Source: a virus
Length of the DNA: 64,000 bases
IMG/VR virus record: IMGVR_UViG_3300004807_000021
Location: 10,712-74,711 of that record
Strand: one strand, 5' to 3'
Shown here: positions 59,201-64,000 of the stretch, in pieces
Layout: each line of letters opens with the position of its first letter
Numbering within the stretch: the stretch's first letter is position 1
Position numbers and translations under genes: made by a program
The notes under the pieces: model-generated
The model's input: only the letters and a program-made list of their open reading frames with translations
Told to the model about the DNA's origin: nothing
The model's database searches: none

Positions 59201-59945
59201 CCAATATTATTATTGTACAACATTCGTCCCGCAAACATCGCTCAGAAGTGCAACCATCGATTACACTCCTGCAAATACAACCGTGAAAACTTGTTGGTCA
59301 CTGTATGATACTATAATTCCTCCAAATTTTGGTCAATCAGACCAAATAGAAGTTTTTGTTGGAGGTTACAAAGACACTGCCGATTGGTCTAGCGGATCTT
59401 CATATGCGGTTGGAGATATTGTCAATGTTGGAAGTTATACATATCAATGTCAAGAAGCACATACAAGTGGCGCAACTTTCTTTGATGACATTACAGTAAC
59501 CAACTTAGACGGCACAACAACAATAGAAAATTATTTGTATTTTTGGAAATTCTTTATTGGAAATATACGTTTGAAAAAACAACCATACAGTGTACATAAT
59601 GTTAATATTGCCCCTTATAGTCCTGCGGGCGATGTTAGATTTGACGCAGATTTTGCAGTTGACGGCTCTAGTGCTCGTGTAAGATTGACTAATAAAGTAG
59701 ACTTGGGCACAAGAGTCACTGTATATCAACGTACAGGAACAGATTGGGACGGAAAATACTCTCCAAATATTTTAGTAGATACTAGTGAAATAGCTCAATT
59801 TATTAAAGCTGAGCCGGGTATTTGGTATGCAGAGTATAATCAAATAAGTAATAAGACACTGGGTGCAAAGAGAGCTGTTGCTTTAACATTTGATGCACCT
59901 AGCACATCGTTCGATCAGGGCGATTTAACAATGGATCAAGGATAA
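44256..59945 (+). CDS. Giant (5229 aa) baseplate wedge/structural protein, gp7-like position
   Basis: Uninterrupted ORF coupled to gp6 (TAATG). N-terminal LLP.FYQT..NKKFL, YQ..I..KGT motif, FG-GAP-like propeller repeats, GDG...F repeats and W/Y modules. Confidence 0.75.
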   Translation: MAIPSKRNGFSVNLLPKFYQTDANKKFLQSTVDQLYRPGTLTKTSGYIGRKNAKASTGEDVYVKAADSVRQNYQLEPAITIKDNLDNVVFYKDYIDYINQLSVFGGNTSNHTRLNNQEMYSWDPHIDWDKFVNFQNYYWLPYGPETITVYGHEIPLESSFSVQVQAEGSNNQYIFTPDGLTPNPVLRLYKGQTYTFYIDSIGNPFSIKTLRSTGTTDRYIFPNAIDNYAVESGTITFVVPIDAPSILYYQSETDINLGGTIQIYAASDATSINVESEILGKVNYTLSNGTPLSNGMKLNFKGQVYPTSYATGEYYVEGVGTAIKLIDSNTLEIIGAYTTSINVEFDQTPFDQEPFDTARGYAGNLDYILVNRASKDHNPWSRYNRWFHKDVISTSAMYNGNNPSLDQTLRAKRPIIEFSADLRLFNFGTVATVDVDLVDSFTTTAFATIEGAAGYNIDGVTVQAGMLILFTADTDPLVAGKIFQVEYIDVLHLDTGSNQLHLVEVASPMKDRVVLARQGITNQGSMYWYNGTNWTKAQQKTSANQPPLFDIYDSNGFSYGDSSVYSGSTFKGTALFSYATGSGTNDLVLGFPLQYQNVSNIGDIVFNFNLAIDTFQYKNLNTNSLESKAIDVGFLSSLDYSNNTIYLNGWQLCKTKNLQAAIRIYDNSGLVNNFPVDIYDNINNLTDLEVKIYVNGQRLDKSLWSIVAKNTYYQVVLNKDLAPTDILTIRAFSDQPINSNGFYEIPLNLQNNPLNDDIGNFTLGEVIDHVNSIVDNTASFSGNFPGASNLRDLGNITQYGTKFVQHSGPLSLAVYHITTESNNVVKALTQAKTDYSDFKRLFINTASSLGVHTDPVQFVELIMTKINSNKPKVAPYYFSDMVPYGANVKTDLSVVDYRIKKYPLNNTFNLTTLSNKAVGVYLNNSQLLYGTQYIFDDQGFIEISSSVSLSNGDIITTIEYDSTDGSFVPATPTKLGLWPKFEPRKYLDTTLISPQNVIQGHDGSIVLAYNDYRDDILLELEKRIFNNIKVEYDPTIFDLTDIIPSYNRDTPYSKKEFDSVLSTNFYSWIGLVGKDLSTPLNYDRTNSFTYNYSLNSAPNGTSLPGYWRGVYKWLLDTDRPHLCPWEMLGFSVRPTWWTKLYGDAPYTSDNIPMWTDIANGVIKAPGVPATVNAKYVKPFLIKHIPVDSSGNLISPQASGLASGLVQPNIDNNFVFGDVSPVENAWTRSSYYPFSVISTAILLNPAKTFGLILDRHNIIRNLANQLIYKPTGLRIKPADIILPSIYSSITRVQTAGLVNYVVDLIFNYIFSNDIAGYNSYLFDLQNMTPRLGYRVGAFTNQAQFNILLESKTPSSTGNVFIPVENYKVFLNKSSTVKKLVYSGVIITKLSTGFEIKGYSLTQPYFNYYQYNGSGATINVGGISESYAEWTVGQQYIAGTVILYNGKYYRALANFTALSTFNSQVLASLPSLPMTGGATATLRNSWDKETTTVAPYGTLFATVQQVVDFLLGYGEWLKDQGFVFDNFNNNLGTVSNWETSAREFMFWTTQNWSTGHDKWEDWEPNKSYKYATIVRYDGDYYSALQNIPLTNEFEFTKWNLLSGLNVEGASVISLSPSANTINFNTVLSVVDSITNGFNSYEIVKVNGTPFDVQNLDSYRQENTVSYTPRNSDGIYGASFYLVQNEHVIVIDNKTIFNDVIYSPTTGYRQERLKISGYTTTDWYGGLDIPGFIFDSAVVKEWQPWQDYNIGDIVNHHSYYYSANAFIAGSAVFNSSNWKKLDKKPTPAIIPNWTNIATQFTDFYSLEVDSFDAPQQQMAQHLIGYQKRQYLNNIIQDDVSEFKFYQGMIRDKGTQNVLNKLFGVLNSENKESLTFYEEWAIRVSQYGASKAFEDIEFVLDQAKYNINNPQGTVLIKRVDPTINPFIIQLTPNDIYVKPHGYNSRPFLELKTTVDSENGPVAINQFLRSAGYVDNTDVFVSIGQLKDLTGQSASSIVVGLSYKISTVGTTDFTQIGASASTVGTTFVATGTGTGTGTVVLDISQINEGAYFWCAFDGANSWNVYRFTDINLNVTNVTYNKTTHTLTLTTQYETSLKVGTYIGIGQSESIQGFYKIDSITLNNINIIAPGLSVPSPFTDLDNLTVYTLLSQRTGYIDTIDNILPARLEDGNIVWTDYASSDINSGWATWKYKKVYQSTTKNSPVVGAGINFAQFIAVSKNGNTAAVSVGTSQIATYDKVSTAVPWTQRQLIQPPFNSVGSPASATVISTAAVSPDGTWLATGSPTSGSSSTYYIGVYSPATVYAVNTIVSYNSILYQALFPVPAGNTPNQNSVFWNQIFYTPISDTSTYNTGVTANGMITLYQKDANNIYQIVDSILSPVISNEKFGSAIVFDSSNMYVSAPAYNNNTGRVYQFSYTTTPQVTSIYDEVNSTGTVLKLQSTAGISAGMIISGNDIFGNSAFNSDQVVEYVLTRLLFSPAIDTTGKEVINTVYNTSSTQINVSSILSGATVSLYNSSYAYSIPNLTVSSTGLTSINQLVTTHTLSSGGVTGTNTFILTTTVSDIAVGYLIVGYGLPPSSYVGAISSVGAPAKTQITVVDSQGASRAIQNFIATGTGTYAFYKIINYNFVEIKGQKDLVTNSSTLPITRVTFGSTSFPNGDPTLTFNISSTYVQSSKAVILSSAPDLTPNGSLTFSSVGWSYTRSFAGDTVNSYFGSQLALSRDGSTLAVSAIGGSVGKVYVYQAGVLIQTLTGFLPTFGQGITVSDDGTYIAVSDNTTGVSNINQRGSVGVYQLSSNNTYQLVSNLVPHTPETNGEFGTSISFMNDYKTLAVYSRYGSSTTTTTFDKTSVATTFDKKSTNFITTQIASGRVDVYDRYNVNWVYSESLPHTFDFTSGYGQGLSVGANNIFVGAPLLTVGTAGAQGLLTIYSKDPNAVSWTIDKTPVPIADVSKIKKAFLYSRSTNKLLTYIDIIDPLQGKIAGPAEEELKYKTFYDPATYSYSNGSASVTVNSSGFWSTEQQGQLWWNLSTTKFVVPYFPNPIYRNNTWNTLATGASVDIYEWVTTPLLPSQWDAQSSTPAGQSQGITGTTLYGDSAYSVTKTYNSVTKTFKNTYYYWVKNKTTVPDVPGRHISAQDVSSLISNPRGQGYTYLALMGTDSFSLVNVYGYLKSTDTVLAVEYWTTDKIHQNIHSQWKLISADTIVQLPKTIKEKWIDSLCGVDVTGRAVPDVLLPPKLKYGVENRPRQGMFVNRVEALKQFIEAVNLILLKNQIVDNYNIEDLYKVDPPPNIISGSYDKIVDTDADLSYSINLFIRPELAPIIVNGRITGITIISTGRGYIQPPYITISGSGKDALVRANIDTNGRIQSVTVLAGGIGYDDSTVATVRDYSVLVRSDSQASNSWSIYSFDPTYKDMTGSIVGRWSRSATQAYDVTQYWTKVDWYASGYNQFTAADYSVQLFVDLNFLNAQIGNIVKVSMATSTQWMLLEKYANSNSVDWTQSYRVVGIQAGTIQFNSTVYQTSFSAVGYDADTYDTGAYDIKAGTELRIILSTLQDKILIGDLYKNYLDLFFRSIRYAHSEQPYIDWAFKTSFVRATHNVGGFTQPVYYPVDNLSNFQDYIAEVKPYRTKIREYISQYTNTNTPDVSSTAVTDFDLPADIKNSSLSIINSFVVDGKISSDSPEVQVYPWKFWLDNVGFQVIDLKIVSGGSGYVTQPQVIFTSTSGSGASAQAFFTNGVVNRIILLTKGSGYLEAPTVSIVGGLSTTGTPATVVAILGNSVVRSNLTGIKFDRISYKPYISKIEETIELPGSGSLLSYELPWPPDLRTNKSSITVLNKNTNQSYPLLPEDYSLSQIKNKINGETQYSGIITFVKPLAANVIATLSYVKDTSVLNSIDRINFNYNPISGMVGKEYNQLMLGVDYGGTIVGNLGFTAGGGWSEQPYGTDKWDSFDPTFTDYTVTEPAVPTTSNPIKTTWTLPYVPASGTAINVYWGQYTEIVEYGDGVNKIFPFNFFLYPTVFLANNASAQSSTVQTKYSANANGTNYPISTTTVAVATGVGGASGQSTIIVDFPSNIFAGQFVSGIGVPYNTTVVSVTGTQIILSNNLTVAAVGQSYSFFVLGTVLTLGSTSGLTVGLGLVGTAFNTQTISKIIDATTIILNRAPDIIPVAGDVIAFVTNAAGSSILTVNNTSLIQVGDSVYTTNTNYLTAFGITVKVKSIDSATQLTLDQILYLNIADGINIVFRRDQSIPKDFTSPTNVIQFAIAPSSGTEVHIIGQFDPIRIDAGDYDDVSGSSPTNPYAVMQTIYANGHDGVVSVPAGIAHASDSFIFRQETSDGSIAPADRDTDISGGDLAYTTASGIAADDIILDGDGLVTPTSSPAPEEVVPGQVVDTLAIKVFDRPSQGSARIKVDNYIADGSRTNYTIGQQPVTVNSILVKVTGTNGNLGIQTLNTDYTIDYENSAINFAVAPSNSSIVTIFNIGYAGENILDLDYFIGDGITTEFITQAPWLDNFTATVFVDGVPAQVQYFQTDSNYVLVKSVGIRFINPPALNTVINYIVVSGSEQTFAITNTERISTNGSTTYQLQNLIGNLLPNETYMIVRVDQQILPAPVNSYFTVGSNQFTYTLNSNKIPPYSINASSISVLVGNNLLLAGRDYTVDLSVVSITITTTAYTVYQGKTLVVSVLLPNGYTYNASTRQITFAQSYDSSHIVEVLTSYEHDSVDLERTEVIVESNSTLVANSPVYYSITGVSGGLITLERSVIDENYIWVTKNSTLLVPGVDYRLNDDRITVQLAIIPTLSDVFEVLTYGTNVLTTGIAYVQFKDMTNKTSFTRLSLKKRTTLAQDLLWTDTSIVLTDASNFQVPSTDNKIPGIIEIQGERIQYYAKNGNVLSQLRRGILGTGIAKSNPAGTYVQDISSSETIPYKDTITVQTIIADGSNFVSVDFVPVRGSTTDTTGILEWFAQRGYTYIGTFNNSQSYNINDVVVYNGQYYYCTTFVPQTSLRSATIDYTPANTTVKTCWSLYDTIIPPNFGQSDQIEVFVGGYKDTADWSSGSSYAVGDIVNVGSYTYQCQEAHTSGATFFDDITVTNLDGTTTIENYLYFWKFFIGNIRLKKQPYSVHNVNIAPYSPAGDVRFDADFAVDGSSARVRLTNKVDLGTRVTVYQRTGTDWDGKYSPNILVDTSEIAQFIKAEPGIWYAEYNQISNKTLGAKRAVALTFDAPSTSFDQGDLTMDQG

Positions 59946-59949
59946 TAAC

Positions 59950-62607
59950 ATGGCTTTACAACTGATAAACACCGGAACAACCGTTGGAGATAAGACTGGA
60001 GATACATTACGTACCGCCGGCCTTAAAATAAATTCAAATTTTACTGAGCTGTATGCTAGTTTAGTAAATTCTTATACATTGCCAGTGGCATCGGGATCCA
60101 GACTAGGTGGTGTTAAGATTGATGGTACAACTATATCTATCAATGCTGGTGGTGTAATTAGTGCTAATTTTTCTAGTTACACCTTGCCAACCGCAAGTAC
60201 AAGTGTACTAGGAGGAGTCAAAGTTGACGGATCAACAGTTATAGTAAACGGCGGAGTTATAAGTGCTCCTTACTCGTATGCTCTTCCTCCTGCGACTACT
60301 ACTACATTAGGCGGAGTTAAAGTTGACGGATCAACCATTATAGTTAATCCTACAACTGGCGTCATAAGCGGAATTAGTAATTATTCACTACCAACCGCAA
60401 GTACAAGTGTACTAGGTGGAGTTAAAGTCGACGGATCAACAATTACTATTAGCAACGGTGTTATCAGTAGTTCGGGGAATAATTATACATTACCTACTGC
60501 AACAACTAGTGTATTAGGTGGAGTTAAGATTGATGGGTCAACGGTCACTATAAACAACGGAATTATTAGTTCAAATTATTCTTTACCTCAAGCAACAACA
60601 AGCACACTAGGCGGAGTTACTGTTGACGGTACTACAATTTCTGCAAGTGGCGGAAACATTTCTGCACTAGCATCTAATATTAGAGCTGTGGCTGCCGCTA
60701 TGTTTACAGGTGGAACTCAAACCGGATTAACTTTTTCTTATAATTCTGGAACAGGATTGATGACATCCATCAACACAAACGGTGCCGGCGGATCTGGTAT
60801 TACTGGTGTGACTGTTCAAAATTCGGGAACTACACAAGGTGTAGCAAGTGCAGTTACAACATTGAATTTTACAGGTACTGGAGTGACCGCAGGTGTATCA
60901 GGCGGTGTAGCTACATTAACAATTAATACAGGTAGTTATACATTACCTCAAGCAACAACTACAGTACTTGGTGGTGTAAAACCTGACGGTACAACAATAA
61001 CTGCAACAAGTGGAGTTATTAGTAGCGTATTACCTACAGCAACAACAAGTGTGTTAGGTGGAGTCAAAATTGATGGCTCAACAATTACTATCAGTAACGG
61101 TGTAATTACAGCACCACAATACACACTACCCACAGCAACAACAAGTGTGCTTGGTGGAGTCAAAGTCGATGGCTCAACAATTACTATCAGTAATGGTGTT
61201 ATCACATCTAATTATACAAATTATACTTTACCAACTGCAAGTACAAGTGTGTTAGGTGGAGTTAAGGTTGACGGATCGACCATTAGCATTGTTAATGGAA
61301 CCATTACTGCTAATTATACAAATTATACTTTACCGATTGCAACAGCTACTTCATTAGGTGGTGTAAAACCTGACGGTACAACAATTATAATCAATCCTGT
61401 AACAGGGATTATTAGTAGTGCCAGTGCATACTCATTGCCAACTGCAACAACAAGTACCCTAGGTGGTGTTAAGATAGATGGAACCACGGTCACAATTAAT
61501 AATGGTGTAATTAGTGCTGTACAGTCGTCTTATACTTTGCCAACTGCAAGTACAAGTGTGTTAGGTGGAGTTAAAGTTGATGGCTCAACAATTAGTATCG
61601 TTAGCGGTACAATTACAGCAAACTATACAAACTATACATTACCAACAGCAACAACTAGTATATTGGGTGGTGTCAAAGTTGACGGCACTAGTATTACAAT
61701 TAACAACGGTGTTATTAGTAGTGCCAGTGCATACTCATTGCCAACTGCAAGTACAAGTGTACTAGGTGGAGTTAAAGTTGACGGAACCACGATATCAATA
61801 TCAAATGGTATCATAAGCTCAACGCAATATACTTTACCAACTTCAAGTCCTACAGTATTGGGCGGAGTTAAAATAGATGGAACTACCGTTACAATTAATA
61901 ACGGAATTATTAGCGCACCTTACACATACTCATTGCCATCAGCTAGTCCAACTACTCTAGGCGGAGTTTATATTCCGGTAAGTACTACTAGCGGTATCCT
62001 AAACACTAGCGGTACAATTGGTCTTGCCACTGCTAGTACTACACAGTTAGGCGGAGTCAAAGTTGATGGATCAACTATTACTATCAGTAACGGAGTAATT
62101 AGTAATGCGTATTCATACACATTGCCAACTGCAACTACAAGTGTGTTGGGTGGTGTTAAAATTGACGGAACTACAGTTACTATCAATAATGGAGTAATTA
62201 GCGCCGCACCAACATTTGGTGGAGCATTGAGTAGTAGAGCAACAGTAGCAACTACAACGTCAAGTTTGGCTGCCAATGCCGCTGCCACTGCAACAGTTAC
62301 GGCCGCAAAAGGATATGCATTGTATAGTATTCAGGTAAGTGCAGGAGCCTGGGTATCAATTTACACTAGTTCTACAGCACAGTCAAGTGACAGTAGCAGA
62401 ACAATCACAACAGATCCAACACCAGGTAGTGGTGTTGTAGCAGAAGCAATAACAACTACTGCAACTACAACTTATTTTACTCCTGCGGTATATGGTTACA
62501 ATGCTGATGGAACTCCTAGCACAAACATGTATTTGAGAATTACAAATAATAGCGGATCAACACAGGCTATTACAGTGACTATAACATACTTAAAATTAGA
62601 AAATTAA
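59950..62607 (+). CDS. Repeat-rich fibre protein
   Basis: N-terminal INTG....D.TGD.LR.A..KIN.NF.ELY baseplate-attachment-type motif (as in T4 gp9/gp10 N-termini), followed by 19 LGGV repeats. Confidence 0.75.
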   Translation: MALQLINTGTTVGDKTGDTLRTAGLKINSNFTELYASLVNSYTLPVASGSRLGGVKIDGTTISINAGGVISANFSSYTLPTASTSVLGGVKVDGSTVIVNGGVISAPYSYALPPATTTTLGGVKVDGSTIIVNPTTGVISGISNYSLPTASTSVLGGVKVDGSTITISNGVISSSGNNYTLPTATTSVLGGVKIDGSTVTINNGIISSNYSLPQATTSTLGGVTVDGTTISASGGNISALASNIRAVAAAMFTGGTQTGLTFSYNSGTGLMTSINTNGAGGSGITGVTVQNSGTTQGVASAVTTLNFTGTGVTAGVSGGVATLTINTGSYTLPQATTTVLGGVKPDGTTITATSGVISSVLPTATTSVLGGVKIDGSTITISNGVITAPQYTLPTATTSVLGGVKVDGSTITISNGVITSNYTNYTLPTASTSVLGGVKVDGSTISIVNGTITANYTNYTLPIATATSLGGVKPDGTTIIINPVTGIISSASAYSLPTATTSTLGGVKIDGTTVTINNGVISAVQSSYTLPTASTSVLGGVKVDGSTISIVSGTITANYTNYTLPTATTSILGGVKVDGTSITINNGVISSASAYSLPTASTSVLGGVKVDGTTISISNGIISSTQYTLPTSSPTVLGGVKIDGTTVTINNGIISAPYTYSLPSASPTTLGGVYIPVSTTSGILNTSGTIGLATASTTQLGGVKVDGSTITISNGVISNAYSYTLPTATTSVLGGVKIDGTTVTINNGVISAAPTFGGALSSRATVATTTSSLAANAAATATVTAAKGYALYSIQVSAGAWVSIYTSSTAQSSDSSRTITTDPTPGSGVVAEAITTTATTTYFTPAVYGYNADGTPSTNMYLRITNNSGSTQAITVTITYLKLEN
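60073..62205 (+). repeat. Coding tandem repeat, 19 copies of ~33 aa (YTLPTATTSVLGGVKVDGSTITI.NGVIS) in blocks of 6 and 13
   Basis: Counted directly in the translation; ~100-nt units with synonymous divergence. Confidence 0.9.
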
Positions 62608-62608
62608 T

Positions 62609-63838
62609 ATGACGTACACTCCTGCACATTTAATTCCTGAAACAGTAATAGATCCAGACACTGGCCAAACGCCATATGCTATTCCTGTCAATGGGTATCT
62701 TACCCCACCGCAAATAGCAACAGCATACAGTATTCCTACTGCTACTGGTTTAGGAGTTAAGATTGGAATTTTTAGTTTTGGCGGCGGGTTCCTTCAAAGT
62801 GATTTGAACAAGTCATTTAGTGATTTACAAACTGCTGGACTAATCAGTAGTAGTTATACAGTTCCTACAGTTAGACAAGTGCTGTTAGATGGTCAGACCG
62901 GTACTTTCAGTGTAAGTCCAGATACAGGCAGCGGAGAAAACACAGTGGATATCTATTGTGCGGCCTGTATGGCACCTCAAGCACAGATCACAATTTATAT
63001 AGGCAATTACCTTTCTAGCATGGTGTCAGCCGCTATTGCCGATGGTATACATATTGTTACTATCAGCTGGGGAGGCAACGAATATAATAGTGACGAACAG
63101 TATCTTCAACAGTTGGCAACTGCAAAAATTACCTGCTTGGCGTCATCTGGAGATTACGGCAGTGTAGTAAGTCCTACATCGAATGCATTAGGAGTAGTTT
63201 ATCCCAGTGCTAGTCCTTATGTGATATCCGCAGGTGGTACAAAACTAACACTCAATTCAGGCACTAATACTCGAGCTAGCGAAACAGATGACAATAGAGA
63301 CGCAGGGTTTGGCACTACATGGGGTGGCGGTGGTGGTTTAAGCGTGTTGTTTAATTTGCCTAGTTGGCAAACAGGATTATACTATACCCCAATTACTAAT
63401 GGTGTAACAGGCAGTCCAACAGCACTAAATGCTCGAGGACTACCAGATTTTTCAGCTCCCATGAATGCCTATGCAGTTTATGTAAACGGATCAATCAGCG
63501 GATATGGCGGAACCAGCTTATCTTGTCCAACTTTGGCAGGCATACTTGCTAGATACTTACAATTAACAGGAGTAAAAAGATCTGCTCCTGATTGGAATAC
63601 TATTGCCTATGCCAACCCCAGCGCATTTTATGATATAACTGTGGGAACTAACAATACAAAAATAACCAGCGGCTATGCTGGAACTAGCGGATGGGATCCA
63701 GTAACCGGTCTTGGACCACCAATTGGAACTGCTTTATACAAAACAATACGAACAGGTACAGTATTTCCTAAACGTAATTATGGATTTAGATCTTCAACAG
63801 GGCCCACATATCCTAGACAGACTACCATTGCTAGATAA
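62609..63838 (+). CDS. S53 (sedolisin/kumamolisin) family serine protease, catalytic domain only
   Basis: E-x3-D (GENTVD), ISWG, oxyanion SSGD.G, YPSASPYV...GGT, catalytic GGTSLSCP, FYDIT.G.N and GWDPVTGLG motifs. Confidence 0.9.
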   Translation: MTYTPAHLIPETVIDPDTGQTPYAIPVNGYLTPPQIATAYSIPTATGLGVKIGIFSFGGGFLQSDLNKSFSDLQTAGLISSSYTVPTVRQVLLDGQTGTFSVSPDTGSGENTVDIYCAACMAPQAQITIYIGNYLSSMVSAAIADGIHIVTISWGGNEYNSDEQYLQQLATAKITCLASSGDYGSVVSPTSNALGVVYPSASPYVISAGGTKLTLNSGTNTRASETDDNRDAGFGTTWGGGGGLSVLFNLPSWQTGLYYTPITNGVTGSPTALNARGLPDFSAPMNAYAVYVNGSISGYGGTSLSCPTLAGILARYLQLTGVKRSAPDWNTIAYANPSAFYDITVGTNNTKITSGYAGTSGWDPVTGLGPPIGTALYKTIRTGTVFPKRNYGFRSSTGPTYPRQTTIAR

Positions 63839-63843
63839 AACTA

Positions 63844-63867
63844 GCACATTATAAACATTGATAAATA
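63844..63867 (+). promoter_or_regulatory. Late promoter GCAC-N14-TAAATA
   Basis: GCAC at 63844-63847 and TAAATA at 63862-63867, upstream of ATG 63888. Confidence 0.7.
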
Positions 63868-63887
63868 CAAGATAAAGAGAGATCACT

Positions 63888-64000
63888 ATGCACAAGGACG
63901 CAACAGGAATTCATATAGAAGGGCACATTCATATATTTGACCCTACCACTAAAGAAACCTTCGTGAACAAACGTAACGCTATTCACTATGAGAACATGAG
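63888..64000 (+). CDS. Late (probably structural) protein, partial
   Basis: Hand translation MHKDATGIHIEGHIHIFDPTTKETFVNKRNAIHYENM, open to the window end and preceded by a late promoter. Confidence 0.65.
   Translation, partial: MHKDATGIHIEGHIHIFDPTTKETFVNKRNAIHYENM

Noticed and set aside
60073-62205. CRISPR-like or DGR-like repeats
   Set aside because: The repeats are in-frame protein repeats with synonymous variation and no unique spacers; no cas or reverse transcriptase gene is in the window.
3382-62288. Numerous short antisense or alternate-frame ORFs in the ORF track (e.g. 4038..4349, 22943..23386, 29218..29697, 33717..34079)
   Set aside because: They lie within well-supported genes, lack RBS or promoter support, and look like shadows of biased codon usage.
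1-64000. Alternative genetic code (stop-codon reassignment) as in some large phages
   Set aside because: Genes are full length under code 11, and TAA, TGA and TAG all end genes at sensible boundaries.
1-64000. tRNA, tmRNA or rRNA genes
   Set aside because: No cloverleaf with T-loop and acceptor stem, nor tmRNA ends, was found by eye in the few intergenic gaps; tRNAscan-SE or ARAGORN would confirm.

Overview
This window is part of a large T4-superfamily (myovirus, probably jumbo-sized) phage genome and covers most of the virion morphogenesis region. The left arm (1-29117, minus strand) carries a cassette of modular tail-fibre/receptor-binding proteins with RCC1-like propellers and W/Y carbohydrate-binding-like repeats. 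It then carries the head module (gp23 capsid, gp22-like scaffold, gp21 protease, acidic core protein, gp20 portal), a probable tape-measure protein and a hydrophobic protein. The centre holds a gp26/gp51-like gene with a likely programmed -1 frameshift. That gene converges on a sigma70-driven operon (gp55 late sigma, gp47, gp46, Hc1-like protein, GIY-YIG nuclease) that ends in an unexplained ~430-nt densely base-paired non-coding tract. The right arm (plus strand) is the baseplate operon (gp48/54-like, gp53, hub, gp5, gp25, gp6, a 5229-aa wedge protein), followed by a 19-repeat fibre and a prodomain-less S53 protease. The best candidates for new biology are the nuclease-linked structured RNA, the frameshift cassette, two pseudoknot-capable late-gene leaders, a GCAC-N14-TAAATA extended late promoter alongside an enlarged gp55, and apparently leaderless late genes. 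All product calls come from motif recognition by eye, not from database searches.
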